Assembly (NCBI GenBank): GCA_002269645.1
Contig: NIVC01003772.1
Coordinates: 1 to 64,000, forward strand
Length of the DNA: 64,000 bases
DNA from: Macrostomum lignano
Taxonomy: Eukaryota
Direction of reading: 5' to 3'
Shown: positions 51,523 through 62,679 of the stretch, piece by piece
Layout of the letters: every line of letters starts with the position of its first letter
How positions within the stretch are numbered: the first letter of the stretch is position 1
Position numbers and translations under genes: made by a program
Notes under the pieces: generated by a model
Database searches by the model: none
What the model saw: only the letters and a program-made list of their open reading frames with translations
Told to the model about the DNA's origin: nothing

Positions 51523-52292
51523 GATTGCGCAATCTAAATCAACCCTCAAATACACAGCAACCGACCCCCCTTCCAATACGCAGTGCAGCTAGAAATTGAA
51601 CCCCCCCCCTCACCAACTATTGGGGGGTCGGTCGAACCCCCATTGAACTCCAAAATGAGCAAAATCTTTGAAGAAAGCTAAAAGTATGAAAATCTTTTCT
51701 TGAATGCTGTGAATTTAATTTTCATATTTAAGGCAAAAAACTTATATCCCCGAACTCATCGCAGCAAGATCTTTCCAGCAATATAAGTCTCTCCTCTCTA
51801 AGTTCAAAACTCGAGCAACAGTTAGTGTTAGAAACTTTCTGATTTTAAGCATTGAAATATCGAGTGTACGTTCACTGGCTGCAACAGTGAATTGCAATTG
51901 TCTATACAGTCAGCCCGTGCGCCAAGGTCCAAGTGCACACGAAATGATTGCGCAATCTAAATCAACCCTCCAATACACAGCGACTGACCCCCTTCCGCAG
52001 TGGCAATTAAAAGTTGAACCGCCCCCCTCCCACCAACTGTTGGGGGTTGGTCGAACCCCATTGAACCCCAAAATGAGTACAATCTTTCCAGAAAGTAAAA
52101 AGTATGGAAGTTGTTTTCGATCGCTGTGTTTTTTCTTTTCACATTTAAAACAAACAACTTATATCCCCGAACTCAGTGTTGCAAGATCTTTCCAGCAATA
52201 TAAGTCTATTCTTTTAAAGTTTAGAACTCGAGGAACAGTTAGCGTTTGAAATGTCCCGATTTAAAGCATTGAAGTATCGAGTGTACGTTCAC
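51523..52292. repeat. Diverged direct duplication of ~350 bp (period 423 bp), probably repeat-element derived
   Basis: GATTGCGCAATCTAAATCAACCCTC...GAGTGTACGTTCAC at 51523-51875 and 51946-52292. The spacer motif CAATTGTCTATACAGTCAGCCCGTGCGCC recurs at ~52390. Confidence 0.85.
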
Positions 52293-52971
52293 CTGCCTGC
52301 TAAAAAGGCTCGCATGTTGATGCATTGAATTTCAGTGTGCAAAAAATACACCGGGCTGCCTAATTGAAAATCAGAGCACGTATCGTTGCGCAATTGTCTA
52401 TACAGTCAGCCCGTGCGCCAAGGTCCAAGTGTACACACGCCGCCACTGAGAACGCGAGCACCCCCACTGGAGAGAAAATACACTGCAGAGATAGGAGAAA
52501 GTTATGGCGCAATCGCTCAAAATTCATGCAAATTTTTAGCTCCAAGCAGAAAGAGGGGACAAATAAGATTATCAAAGGTCAAGATTGCAGTTTTTTGCTT
52601 TTTTCGGGATCTTAAAATGTAAAAATAAAAAATTGAAATAGCCCACTGCCATCCTCGGAAAATTTGCAGTTTTCCCATATAGGTTTCGACGCTGAGATTA
52701 GAGATTTAGTATATTTAGATTTGTGTCTTCAACCCTTTGTGAACGCGCAATGTTCTATAAAATATTTAGGCGAACCCATTACTATAGCATAAAAAATTTC
52801 AATTAATAATCATGATTTAATCTCATGGGAGTTTATTTGGTAGGCTTCAAAAGAAACTTTTCGAGTAGGCTATTTTGAAATTCTTTTTTATAGATATTTG
52901 GAGCTGCAGACACTGATGCAGCACACTGGCCTGATCAGAGCGAAATTCAAAATACCACATCGACCAGCAGG

Positions 52972-53215
52972 TAGAGGTAGCGTAGAGAGAGGTAGTGTAG
53001 AGAGAGAGGTATTGTAGAGAGAGAGGTAGTGTAGAGAGAGGTAGCGTAGAGAGAGGTGGTGTAGGGAGAGAGGTATTGTAGAGAGAGAGGTAGTGTAGAG
53101 AGAGGTAGCGTAGAGAGAGGTGGTGTAGGGAGAGGTAGCGTAGAGAGAGGTAGTGTAGAAAGAATTAGTGTAGAGAGGTAGTGTTGAGAGAGGTAGTGTC
53201 GGGAGAGGCAGTAGA
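52972..53215. repeat. Purine-rich GAGAGAGGTAG(T/C)GTA repeat
   Basis: Tandem degenerate units. Confidence 0.85.
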
Positions 53216-53408
53216 GAGGATGTATTTTAATGGCAAATAAGTAACAGTTAGTAAAATTTCTAAAAGAAACTAAAATATGCAATGAATTCAGACAAGTTTA
53301 GAGCTTTCAATTCTGAAACAGTGGCACAGACAACATAACAGCGAGCGTTACTCGTATGAGTTTTTTGTGTGCAACGGCACTAGTAGGGGGAGAAGGGAAG
53401 TCTAATCA

Positions 53409-54030
53409 GGGGAATCTTCTGTAGCTATCCAGCTAGTCTAGTAGGGGAATCTTTTGTAGCTATCCAGGTAATCTAATAGGGGAATCTTTTGTAGCTATTC
53501 AGCTAGTCTAATCAAAGGGAATCTTCTGTAGCTATCCAGCTAGTCTAATCAAAGGGAATCTTTTGTAGCTATCCAGCTAGTCTAATAGAGGGAATCTTTT
53601 GTAGCTATCCAGCTAGTCTAATAGAGGGAATCTTCTGTAGCTATCCAGCTAGTCTAATAGAGGGAATCTTCTGTAGCTATCCAGCTAGTCTAATAGAGGG
53701 AATCTTCTGTAGCTATCCAGCTAGTCTAATAGAGGGAATCTTCTGTAGCTATCCAGCTAGTCTAATAGAGGGAATCTTCTGTAGCTATCCAGCTAGTCTA
53801 ATAGAGGGAATCTTCTGTAGCTATCCAGCTAGTCTAATAGAGGGAATCTTCTGTAGCTATCCAGCTAGTCTAATAGAGGGAATCTTCTGTAGCTATCCAG
53901 CTAGTCTAATAGAGGGAATCTTCTGTAGCTATCCAGCTAGTCTAATAGAGGGAATCTTCTGTAGCTATCCAGCTAGTCTAATAGAGGGAATCTTCTGTAG
54001 CTATCCAGCTAGTCTAATAGAGGGAATCTT
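53409..54030. repeat. 36-bp minisatellite GAGGGAATCTTCTGTAGCTATCCAGCTAGTCTAATA
   Basis: About 17 units, perfect in the centre and degenerate at the edges. Confidence 0.96.
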
Positions 54031-54420
54031 TTTTGTTATTTTTCAATTAGTGTAATGGGGATCTTCTGTAGCTATCTAGTAAGTTTAGTATGGAAATGGT
54101 TGGGTTTGCATTTTAGTTTGTACTCAGTGCTCCCTCCCTCTCTCCCTCCCCCCTCTCTCTCTCATACTATTTGTAATGGTATAGCTGTTTAATCTCAAAC
54201 AGTATCGAGTAAATATTGAATAAAAGTTTTGCATTAGAGCTATCCGCTTGAAAATACAGAGTGCATAGATTGTATTTTGCTGACTGTATCAGGAATATTT
54301 GTAGCTTATCTGCCAATCTAATGCCGAAATCTTTTGTTAAAATTCAACGAGTCCAACTAATCTAATTATAGGTCTTCCTCAGCTCCAACAATTCGCGGTT
54401 GTCAGCGGAGGCCAACAGTT

Positions 54421-54797
54421 ATGCAGCCGCGAAGATCGCAACTGCTCAAGATGGTGCTTGCACTCGCTGCAATCTGCCTTGTTGCCATAGCGATGGCTCG
54501 TTACAGGAACTTGTTGTTTAGCTGTTCTACGCTATCAACGGCTGAAGAGTCTGATGCAGAATCTCCTTCCGGGGAAGCTGGCATACCCTGCATCATTCAT
54601 CAGAGCTGGAAGACCCGGACTTTGCCAAGCCCCAGAGCGACGCGTTGGCGCAGCACCTGGTTGAAATGCCTGCCCAATTGTCGGCACTACCTGTGGACGG
54701 ATGCTGACAATCGCGACCTCGTCAAGCGTCACTATTCGTGGCTGTTGAAGTTCTACGACAAACTGACGTCCGGTGTTCAACGAGCAGATCTGGTCAG
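54421..54797 (+). CDS. GT32/Gly_transf_sug glycosyltransferase A, exon 1 (type II membrane signal-anchor)
   Basis: N-terminal TM, IPCIIHQSWKT, YLWTDADNRDLV, RADLVR. Phase-2 donor AG/GTAATA at 54798. Confidence 0.9.
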
Positions 54798-54847
54798 GTA
54801 ATACGAGAAATCGTGGCCGAAATATGAGCTTGGCAAAGACGTATAAG

Positions 54848-55116
54848 ATAATAGCTTTATAATGCGCATTCTGTGATCAGAAAGTCCGAGGTCGCATATA
54901 CGAGCGTAATGGTCTCGAGGCGAGCGAAGCGAGCCAAGGACCATTGAATGCGGCCGAGGACTTTCTGGCCATAGACATCGCATTATAAAGCTATTATAGT
55001 ATGTAAACTTCACTTACGCCAAACTGATACTTGAGTGTGGCCATAGACAAGCCCATTCCCGAAAAATAAGCGGACCATTATACGAGCTTTTTTGGCGTAA
55101 GTGAAGTTTACATACT
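54848..55116. mobile_element. Two abutting inverted-repeat units (150 bp with 19-bp arms; 119 bp with 26-bp arms) in the intron of GT-A
   Basis: Perfect IRs at 54848-54866/54979-54997 and 54998-55023/55091-55116. Central GAGGCGAGCGAAGCGAG motif. Confidence 0.75.
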
Positions 55117-55760
55117 GAGGGTTGTAGCCTAGTGGTCAGAGCAGGGACAACTAAAACACTCGGGACGCGAAACGAGCCAAATCATGGTGAAAAAATTTGG
55201 GGGCTCGTTTGAAAGCAGCGTTCTATGGCCATTCCAACTGCAACTTTCAAGTCTAAAGAAGTGTGAGGGCAAATAACAAACCCTCAACTCTTGTGCGAAT
55301 GGGAAAAATACCATGCCAATTTTAAACCTTTCCTTCGTGAATATCTCACGTGCTTAAACTTATGTCATTGTGCTCTTTACGGCCGTTTTTTTACTACTCA
55401 AATACTACTTTCAGCAGCTAAGCTGATCGTAATGCATTTAATGCATGAAAAGCTGGGCACCCATGATTTAAACGAGCCCCCTACTTTTTTTTACCATGAT
55501 TTGGCTCCTTTTGCGCCCCGAGTGTTTTAGTTTTCCCTGGGTCAGAGCGTTGAACTGGAAAGTCTGGGGGAGGGGGGTTTCGACTCTCGACTCACTAAGG
55601 AACAATATGCGTCCTTGTGCAAGACACTTAATTCTGCATTGCTTCAGTTCCCCCAGCTGAAAAAAATGGGTGAGCTTTGAGGGTGTGTGTGGTGACCCCC
55701 CCAGTCCTTGGACTGGACCGTACGCAAGCTGCGGCTGAGCTGTTGGTTGTGTGATCAAGA
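55117..55760 (+). mobile_element. tRNA-derived CORE-type SINE, interrupted by a hAT MITE
   Basis: A box TAGCCTAGTGG (55125) and B box GGTTTCGACTC (~55576). The core CCTTGTGCAAGACACTTAA...CAGTT...CAGCTG..AAAATGGG resembles the MIR core. Confidence 0.78.
55142..55539. mobile_element. hAT-type MITE, 398 bp
   Basis: ~70-bp imperfect TIRs beginning CAGGG. Perfect 8-bp TSD GGTCAGAG at 55134-55141 and 55540-55547. Confidence 0.88.
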
Positions 55761-55915
55761 TGCTGATTCAAAAGGATCCGGTGTTCGCTGAAAAATGCAT
55801 CAAGGAAACAAAGTTTTTCTCGTCAACTCTACTCACGAACTATAAGTCACCTTTTGCGCATTTTTCTTGGAGTTTGTATCTTAGGCTCCCTAAATGGCAA
55901 CTTCAAAACACACAG

Positions 55916-56408
55916 GTATCTCTATCTGTTGCACTTTGGCGGCATCTACGCCGACCTTGACACAGTGTGTCTCAAAGACTTCCGGCCTCTGCTGGACGGC
56001 CTGGGCCTGGCGTTCGGCGGCATGGACGGGCAGTGGATCAGCAGCGTGAACGGCAGCTACGTGCAGAACTCCTTCATGGCCTCCAGGCCGAAGCATCCGT
56101 TCTGGATCGGACTGCTGCACCGCATTGTTCGCCGGCTGGACAGTCGAAAGCAAGGCGGGGCAGAGGAGAGCACCGGGCCGCTGATCATGATGGCCGAGCT
56201 GAAGCAGTACCTGGCTGACGGCCACACTGATGTGAGAATCTTTCCGCCGGTCTACTTTAACCCATTCAGCTGGATCACCAATCGTCGGTCGGACTGCAAA
56301 ACCCACGGAGCGATGAGCAACTCGGAGGAGGCCACCTGCGTCAAATCGTTCGCGGGCGCCTACGTAGTTCAGATGCACAGCAAGAGCTGGGCCGGCGGCA
56401 AGGCGTGA
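55916..56408 (+). CDS. GT32 glycosyltransferase A, exon 2 (spliced product 289 aa)
   Basis: Acceptor CACAG/G restores RADLVR-YLYLLHFGGIYADLD (DXD motif), followed by QNSFMASRPKHPFW, TGP and YFNP. Confidence 0.92.
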
Positions 56409-56796
56409 CGTGACGAAGGACTTTAAAAGATCGAATTCAAGCAAATCCAAGCTTTTGTTCTGAAAAAAAGCTTTACTATAATTTGCCTCCATCGATTTAT
56501 AAAAATCCTTTGACTCTCTTCTGTCATTTTTTGCACTCTATTTTCCGGGTTTTTATTGCACACTGTGACGTCATGTTGTAACTTGCTTTTATTTGACGGG
56601 CTTTATGTAGCATCATTATTGACTTTAAATAATTACAAAACGGAAATTATGAGCCGTATATTATATAGTATGCACTATTCATGGCTTACTTAAATTGAGT
56701 TTAAACTTTTTTAAGCCGTTGCTTAAACAATCTTTTGCACGTTCGTATAGCTTTCTTTTATTCCCTGATTTCAATTTCTTTTTAATGCCTCACCCT

Positions 56797-57312
56797 CACT
56801 GTCTCACTGTTTCTGTCACTGTCTCACTGTTTCTGTCACTGTCTCACCCTCGTTTCTGTCACTGTCTCACTGTTTCTGTTCACTGTTTCTGTCACTGTCT
56901 CACTGTTTCTGTTCACTGTTTCTGTCACTGTCTCACTGTTTCTGTTCACTGTTTCTGTCACTGTCCCATCCTCGTTTTTGTCACTGTCTCACTGTTTCTG
57001 TCACTGTCTCATCCTCGTTTCTGTCACTGTCTCACTGTTTCTGTCACTGTCTCATCCTCGTTTCTGTCACTGTCTCATCCTCGTTTCTGTCACTGTCTCA
57101 TCCTCGTTTCTGTCACTGTCTCACTGTTTCTGTCACTGTCTCATCCTCGTTTCTGTCACTGTCTCATCCTCGTTTCTGTCACTGTCTCATCCTCGTTTCT
57201 GTCACTGCCTCACTGTTTCTGTCACTGTCTCATCCTCGTTTCTGTCACTGTCTCATCCTCGTTTCTGTCACTGTCTTACCCTCGTTTCTGTCACTGTCTC
57301 ATCCTCGATTCT
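56797..57312. repeat. 20/23-bp pyrimidine-rich minisatellite TTTCTGTCACTGTCTCA(TCCTCG/CTG)
   Basis: Mixed 20- and 23-bp units. Confidence 0.92.
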
Positions 57313-57357
57313 GTCTTATTTTCTTATAGAGTACACTAAGTAATCTAAGTAGTAAAA

Positions 57358-57477
57358 GCGGTATCTCATGCACTACAACCGGTATCTCATGCACTAAAAC
57401 CGGTATCTCATGCACTACAACCGGTATCTCATGCACTACAACCGGTATCTCATGCACTACAACCTGTATCTCATGCC
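57358..57477. repeat. 21-bp repeat CCGGTATCTCATGCACTACAA
   Basis: About 6 units. Confidence 0.9.
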
Positions 57478-57573
57478 GGTAAATTGCAACTTCATGAATT
57501 GAGTTTTCAACCATATTTTAATCTTGAGAAATATACACGCGTACTTTACCGGCTAAAAAAGTTTACGTGCTAA

Positions 57574-58190
57574 TCAATAGAGGAGTGCGTGACCATCCAT
57601 CTTGGCTGCTTTCAGAGACATTGCGCTGCCTGAGTACACTGCCTCATTGTTCTCAATTGCCTCGCTTGACTGCATCCCAAGCTGAACAAGTCCCAGGCGA
57701 TCCAGATCAAGAATCTGGAGTAGCTACCACATTCTAAATTCAAAATAAAATGTCACCTCTACATGCACATCAAGCTTGGAAGAAAAGCTGGGGTCCAAAT
57801 TCAGGATGCCATAATTGAAGTTGATGTGTTGCGACACACGCTACGCATGACACGATAAGCCCAGTTCCACAAGAAATTAAACTTCAATAAGGAAATAACG
57901 AAGAGGTGCCTCTCCAAGTTCTCGTTCTGGGCCACCTTGGCTAATAGCTTCTCGTACCCCTCATCATCCAGCTGCCTTTCCCAATTGCTCTAGTTCAACT
58001 TCTGCCCCAAAAATTTATGCACTATGGCATGCACGATGGATGACATCCTGAGAGAATCCCCTGCAGAGGACCACAGTGCATAATAAAGTTGTTAGAAGCA
58101 GAGCAGGCAGCGTTTTCAGTGCACTGCCCTTACCAGCTCGCTTACAGAGTCAAATTCGCATTGACTTTCACGAGCCCTCGAAACTTGACA
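57574..58190 (-). pseudogene. Unidentified multi-exon coding remnant
   Basis: Protein-like frame LRMSSIVHAIVHKFL...ERHLFVISLLKFNFLWNWAYRVM...YGILNLDP...HVE/ILDLDRLGLVQLG. Putative 42-nt (57715-57756) and 73-nt (58061-58133) GT-AG introns; one TAG stop and one 2-nt frameshift. Confidence 0.4.
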
Positions 58191-58399
58191 ATACTTAACT
58201 CAGATTAGAAAGAAAGTTTTTACATTTGTCATTATAAAAATATGTACAGAAAATACTTCAGCAACCAAAGGTAAGTAAGTATGTAAGCCATTTATAGTGT
58301 TTTATCATTTTATAGACAAACAAGTTGAGCAATTCTTTATTTTTTTATTCTGTTGTTTTTCATTCACAAGACTGTCAGTGAAAAAGAACCTAATGGATT

Positions 58400-58915
58400 T
58401 AAGTAGAGTAGATTATAGTATATTAGAATCGAGTAGAATAGAGCAGAAAAAAGTAGAGTAGAGTGAAGTGGAGTAGAGTAGAGTGGAGTAGAGTAGAGTG
58501 GAGTAGAGTAGAGTGGAGTAGAGTAGAGTGGAGTAGAGTGGAGTAGAGTAGAGTAGAGTAGAGTGGAGTAGATTGTAGTAGAGTAGAGTAGAATGGAGTA
58601 GAGTAGAGTGGAGTAGAGTAGAGTGGAGTAGAGTAGAGTGGAGTAGAGTGGAGTAGAGTGGAGTAGGGTAGAGTGGCGTAGAGTAGAGTAGAGTAGAGTA
58701 GAGTAGAGTGGAGAAGAGTAGAGTGGAGTAGAGTAGAGTAGAGTAGAGTTTAGTAGAGTGGATTATAGTAGGGTAGGGTAGAGTAGAGTGGAGTGGAGTA
58801 GACAGTAGAGTAAAGTGGAGTAGAATCGAGTAGAGCAGAGTAGAACGGTGTAGAATAGAGTAGAATAGATTCGAGACATTCGAGTAGAGCAGAGTAGAGT
58901 AGAGAATGAGTAGAG
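58400..58915. repeat. (GAGTA/GAGTG)n pentanucleotide microsatellite
   Basis: Direct inspection. Confidence 0.95.
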
Positions 58916-58976
58916 TAGAATATAACAGGATAAAGTACAGTGAAGTGCTAGGTTCATCTGCACCAACTCTTGCAGG

Positions 58977-59474
58977 ATGCCCTGCTTAAAGTTTGTCCTG
59001 TTGCTAAGCTCTCTGCTCTGTGCTGTCGGCCTGCTCTGGAGTGACGGATTCGGCCTGTGCCGCCACAGGCACTCAATGACATTCGATCAGCCGCAGAGAC
59101 CTGCAGTTCTGAGTTCAAATCCGAAACGATCAAGCTCCACCGCGGGAATTCCCTGCATCGTGCATCAGAGCTGGAAAAGCATAACTCTGCCAAGCTCTCG
59201 AGCTGTCAGGTGGCGTCAGAGCTGGAAAAAGTGTCTCCCGGACTGTCTGCACATTCTGTGGACGGACCGGGACAATAACGAGCTGGTTGAGAAGCACTTT
59301 CCTTGGCTGCTGCCCGTGTACAGGGGTGTGAAGTCGGGCGTTCAGAGAGCGGACTTGGCCAGAATCTTGTACCTGCTGCATCATGGCGGCATCCATGCGG
59401 ACCTGGACACCGTGTGCCTGCGGGACTTTCGGCATCTGTTAGGCGGCTGGAGACTGGCTTTTGGCGGCATGGAG
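58977..59474 (+). CDS. GT32 glycosyltransferase B, exon 1
   Basis: Signal-anchor, [32 protein letters not shown] (DXD). Phase-0 donor GAG/GTATGA at 59475. Confidence 0.92.
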
Positions 59475-59482
59475 GTATGAAC

Positions 59483-59648
<166 letters not shown>

Positions 59649-59679
59649 TATCACGATAGATCACGTACTCGCCGCGCAG

Positions 59680-60060
59680 GGCCGCTGGATTCGCAGTGTG
59701 AACGGCAGCTACGTGCAAAACTCCTTCATGGCCTCCTCTGCGGGCCACCCCTTCTGGATCGGACTGCTGCACCGCATCAGCCGTCGACACCTACGGAAGA
59801 TTCCCAGCGGCACCGAGGAGGTGGCTGGGCCCCTCATCCTCATGGAGGAGCTGCAGCAGTACCTGCTTGACGGCTTCAAGGATGTAGTGGTGTTCCCGCC
59901 GAGCCACTTCAACCCGTTCAGTTGGATCACAAACAAGCGACCGCAGTGCAAAATCAAAGGAGCAATGAACGCAGCCCAAGAGGCGTCCTGTGTGTCCTCG
60001 TTTCCCGGAGCCTATGTAGTGCAGCTGCACTCGAAAAGTTGGGCGAGGGGAGAGATTTGA
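59680..60060 (+). CDS. GT32 glycosyltransferase B, exon 2 (spliced product 292 aa)
   Basis: Acceptor CGCAG/GGC gives [24 protein letters not shown], collinear with [24 protein letters not shown] in paralog A. Confidence 0.92.
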   Translation, partial: GRWIRSVNGSYVQNSFMASSAGHPFWIGLLHRISRRHLRKIPSGTEEVAGPLILMEELQQYLLDGFKDVVVFPPSHFNPFSWITNKRPQCKIKGAMNAAQEASCVSSFPGAYVVQLHSKSWARGEI

Positions 60061-60731
60061 GTGCAGGCAATTCAAGGCAAATCAAAGGAAACTCTGTCCA
60101 TTCCGTCCTTAGCACTGTGTGGGTCCTGTGCACATACAAGCTGTACGCAGGCACGCACTCATGCACACACGCTCACGCAGGGTGTACAGCAGCCATGACT
60201 TTCGAATCGTCAGGCATGTACACTCTCTGTGCCTGGGGGGCTTCAAGCTTCCGGCCAATTTTTCCTGCACCGCTGAGCTGCTCTGAGCTGAGCTGTAAGA
60301 AGCTGAAAATTTCCTATCCCGCTGCGAAATTTGCAACATTTGCATAAATTAAATACGCCCTCCGTGGACTCTGAGCTCAGTCGATCACGTGACTTGCCTT
60401 AATACTCCATCTTTTTTCCTTACTTCGATTCGTAATGTATGATTTGTCTTGTATGTGCTTTTGGAATAGTACGAGTTGTATTTAATAATGTTTTATGATA
60501 CTACTTCTAGTAAAAACTATCTTCGTGTGTTAAAAATTATACTAATTCCAAGTAGTTTATAGGAATGTGGTTCAATTTCTTTTAAAAAGATTGATTTTAG
60601 TTCCCCCAAAAGTGAGATTCAGCTATTCAATTGAATCAAATTTGACCTGAAGGCTGAAGCAGAAACCAACTTAGAAGATTATTTACCCTTCGCATGTAGT
60701 AACAGGGGTCGTCTCGGGCCCCCAACCCCAT

Positions 60732-61157
60732 TGCGTTGGGACGTACAGAGTAAAGCCTGGATCCAGAGGCGTTGGAACGCACAGAGTAAAGGCTGGATCT
60801 ACAGGCGTTGGGACGCACAGAGTAAAGGCTGGATCTACAGGCGTTGGGACGCACAGAGAGTAGAGCCTGGATCTACAGGCGTTGGGACGCACAGACTAGA
60901 GCCTGGATCTACAGGCGTTGGGACGCACAGACTAGAGCCTGCATCTACAGGCGTTGGGACGCACAGACTAGAGCCTGGATCTACAGGCGTTGGGACGCAC
61001 AGACTAGAGCCTGGATCTACAAGCGTTGGGACGCACAGACTAGAGCCTGGATCTACAGGCGTTGGGACGCACAGACTAGAGCCTGGATCTACAGGCGTTG
61101 GGACGCACAGACTAGAGCCTGGATCTACAAGCGTTGGGACGCACAGAGTAGAGCCTG
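60732..61157. repeat. 36-bp minisatellite GCCTGGATCTACAGGCGTTGGGACGCACAGACTAGA
   Basis: About 12 units. Confidence 0.95.
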
Positions 61158-61905
61158 AATGCAGACCAAACATTCGATCTGACCAAAATTCGATCGACAT
61201 GTAATTGTCAAAGTTTGTTTCAAGTTACAACCTCAACTCTTACATTAATTTAAGAGAAAACTTAAACTGTGACTCATCTATGACACCTGCAAGTTGAGCA
61301 CAGACGTGGCTAGCTGAATCGCCTGCCGAAGAAGCGGTTCAGGTGTGTATTTCTTTTTCTAGGGAGAGGTGAACAGCAGTAGGTAGGCTCTAAGCTACTG
61401 CCGAAGCGACGCGTTATATTATTCTTCTTGAATGGGTCAATCGACCGGCAAAGACTGCAAGCTTCTTTTTGTAAAACGCACGTACAAAGCTGAATAGGCT
61501 GACTTTGTCTACGAAAGCTGTATGGAGAAGCAAGCAAAACGGAACTGCTAGACAAAAAAGATCGCTACGGAAGCTACAATGAATCCAGCAGGAGTTAAAA
61601 CACACAACAGTTTCCGTTTGACTCCGGAGATGGATCGCGCCTAGGGAAAGTAAATAATCGATAGCTCAAGGAAACCGAGTAACTTCTGTCACGTGTAATT
61701 TGGGAGGCAGCTACAACATCACGGAGATGGAAACAGTCTAGGAAACTTGGTTACCATTGTCACCCCTCACTGTAGTCAGGCTCAACAAAGCTACATGTAT
61801 ATAGACTTTAACTCAGCCTAAAGTCTCCAAAAAAATCATACCCCCTCCAACCGAGCAAGCGCAAAGGAGCTGAGAAACTTATACTGCCGCGAATTAGCTA
61901 CCGAC

Positions 61906-62673
61906 ATGCTTCCTCGCTCTCAGTGGCACCTTCTAACACTCTGTGTGGCTGCGACCGCTGCTGCTGCTTGCATGATACAGAAGTCCGCCTTCCACAAGAC
62001 CACTGGAGCTGACTGTGTTCGCCCTGAGTTCACTAAGATTGTGTGGGGCACGTGTGATCCGATGTCCTGTAGTTACCTGTGTAACAAGACTCCCAAATGC
62101 CAGGCCTTCACGCTGCCCTCTGGCGACTGTGTCTGCAAGCTGTTCCTGTTCGACAAATGCAGTCACCGAGTACAGTCAGTGCCTAACTGTGCTCACCTGG
62201 TGACCATGTACGTGAGATCAATGGCCGGAGTAGCGGCGGGTCGCTTGTGTCCTCCTGGATACGAGTTCGCTCAATACGGCACGGCCTACAAGGTGTCGGT
62301 CTCGACCGCGGCCAACTGGGCCGACGCCAATGAGAAATGCGGCGAGGAGGCCGGCCTGTCGAAGTTCGCGGACGCTCTGGACACCGAAGAGTCTCGCCAC
62401 CTCATGTGGATCAAGAACGTGTCGAACGTTCCGATTGAGAGCTTGTTCCTGGGAGGCTACCAGATGCCAGGTTTGGGTAGCATGACTGAAGGCTGGATCT
62501 GGGGCGCGTGCAACGAGAGCATCCAAGCCGACGTGTGGGAGCCGGGCAGACCGAACTTTGGCTTGCCCAGACAAGGATGCGCCAACGCTGGTAGCAATCA
62601 AATGATCGGAATTGATGACGGCGACTGCAGTCATGTATTAAAATACATCTGCGAGTGTCAACTTGTGTTCTAA
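61906..62673 (+). CDS. Secreted PAN/apple-like plus C-type lectin domain protein, intronless (255 aa)
   Basis: Signal peptide; Cys pattern C..LC....CQAF.....C.L; CTLD CPPGY...W.DA...C...LFLGG...W.W...W.PG.P...C......DD..C.....YICE. Confidence 0.88.
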   Translation: MLPRSQWHLLTLCVAATAAAACMIQKSAFHKTTGADCVRPEFTKIVWGTCDPMSCSYLCNKTPKCQAFTLPSGDCVCKLFLFDKCSHRVQSVPNCAHLVTMYVRSMAGVAAGRLCPPGYEFAQYGTAYKVSVSTAANWADANEKCGEEAGLSKFADALDTEESRHLMWIKNVSNVPIESLFLGGYQMPGLGSMTEGWIWGACNESIQADVWEPGRPNFGLPRQGCANAGSNQMIGIDDGDCSHVLKYICECQLVF

Positions 62674-62679
62674 AATAAA
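62674..62679 (+). terminator. Candidate polyadenylation signal
   Basis: AATAAA immediately after the lectin stop codon. Confidence 0.45.

Noticed and set aside
55117-55600. tRNA gene
   Set aside because: A and B boxes are present, but there is no closable cloverleaf and the sequence continues into a SINE core that is repeated at 35.2 kb.
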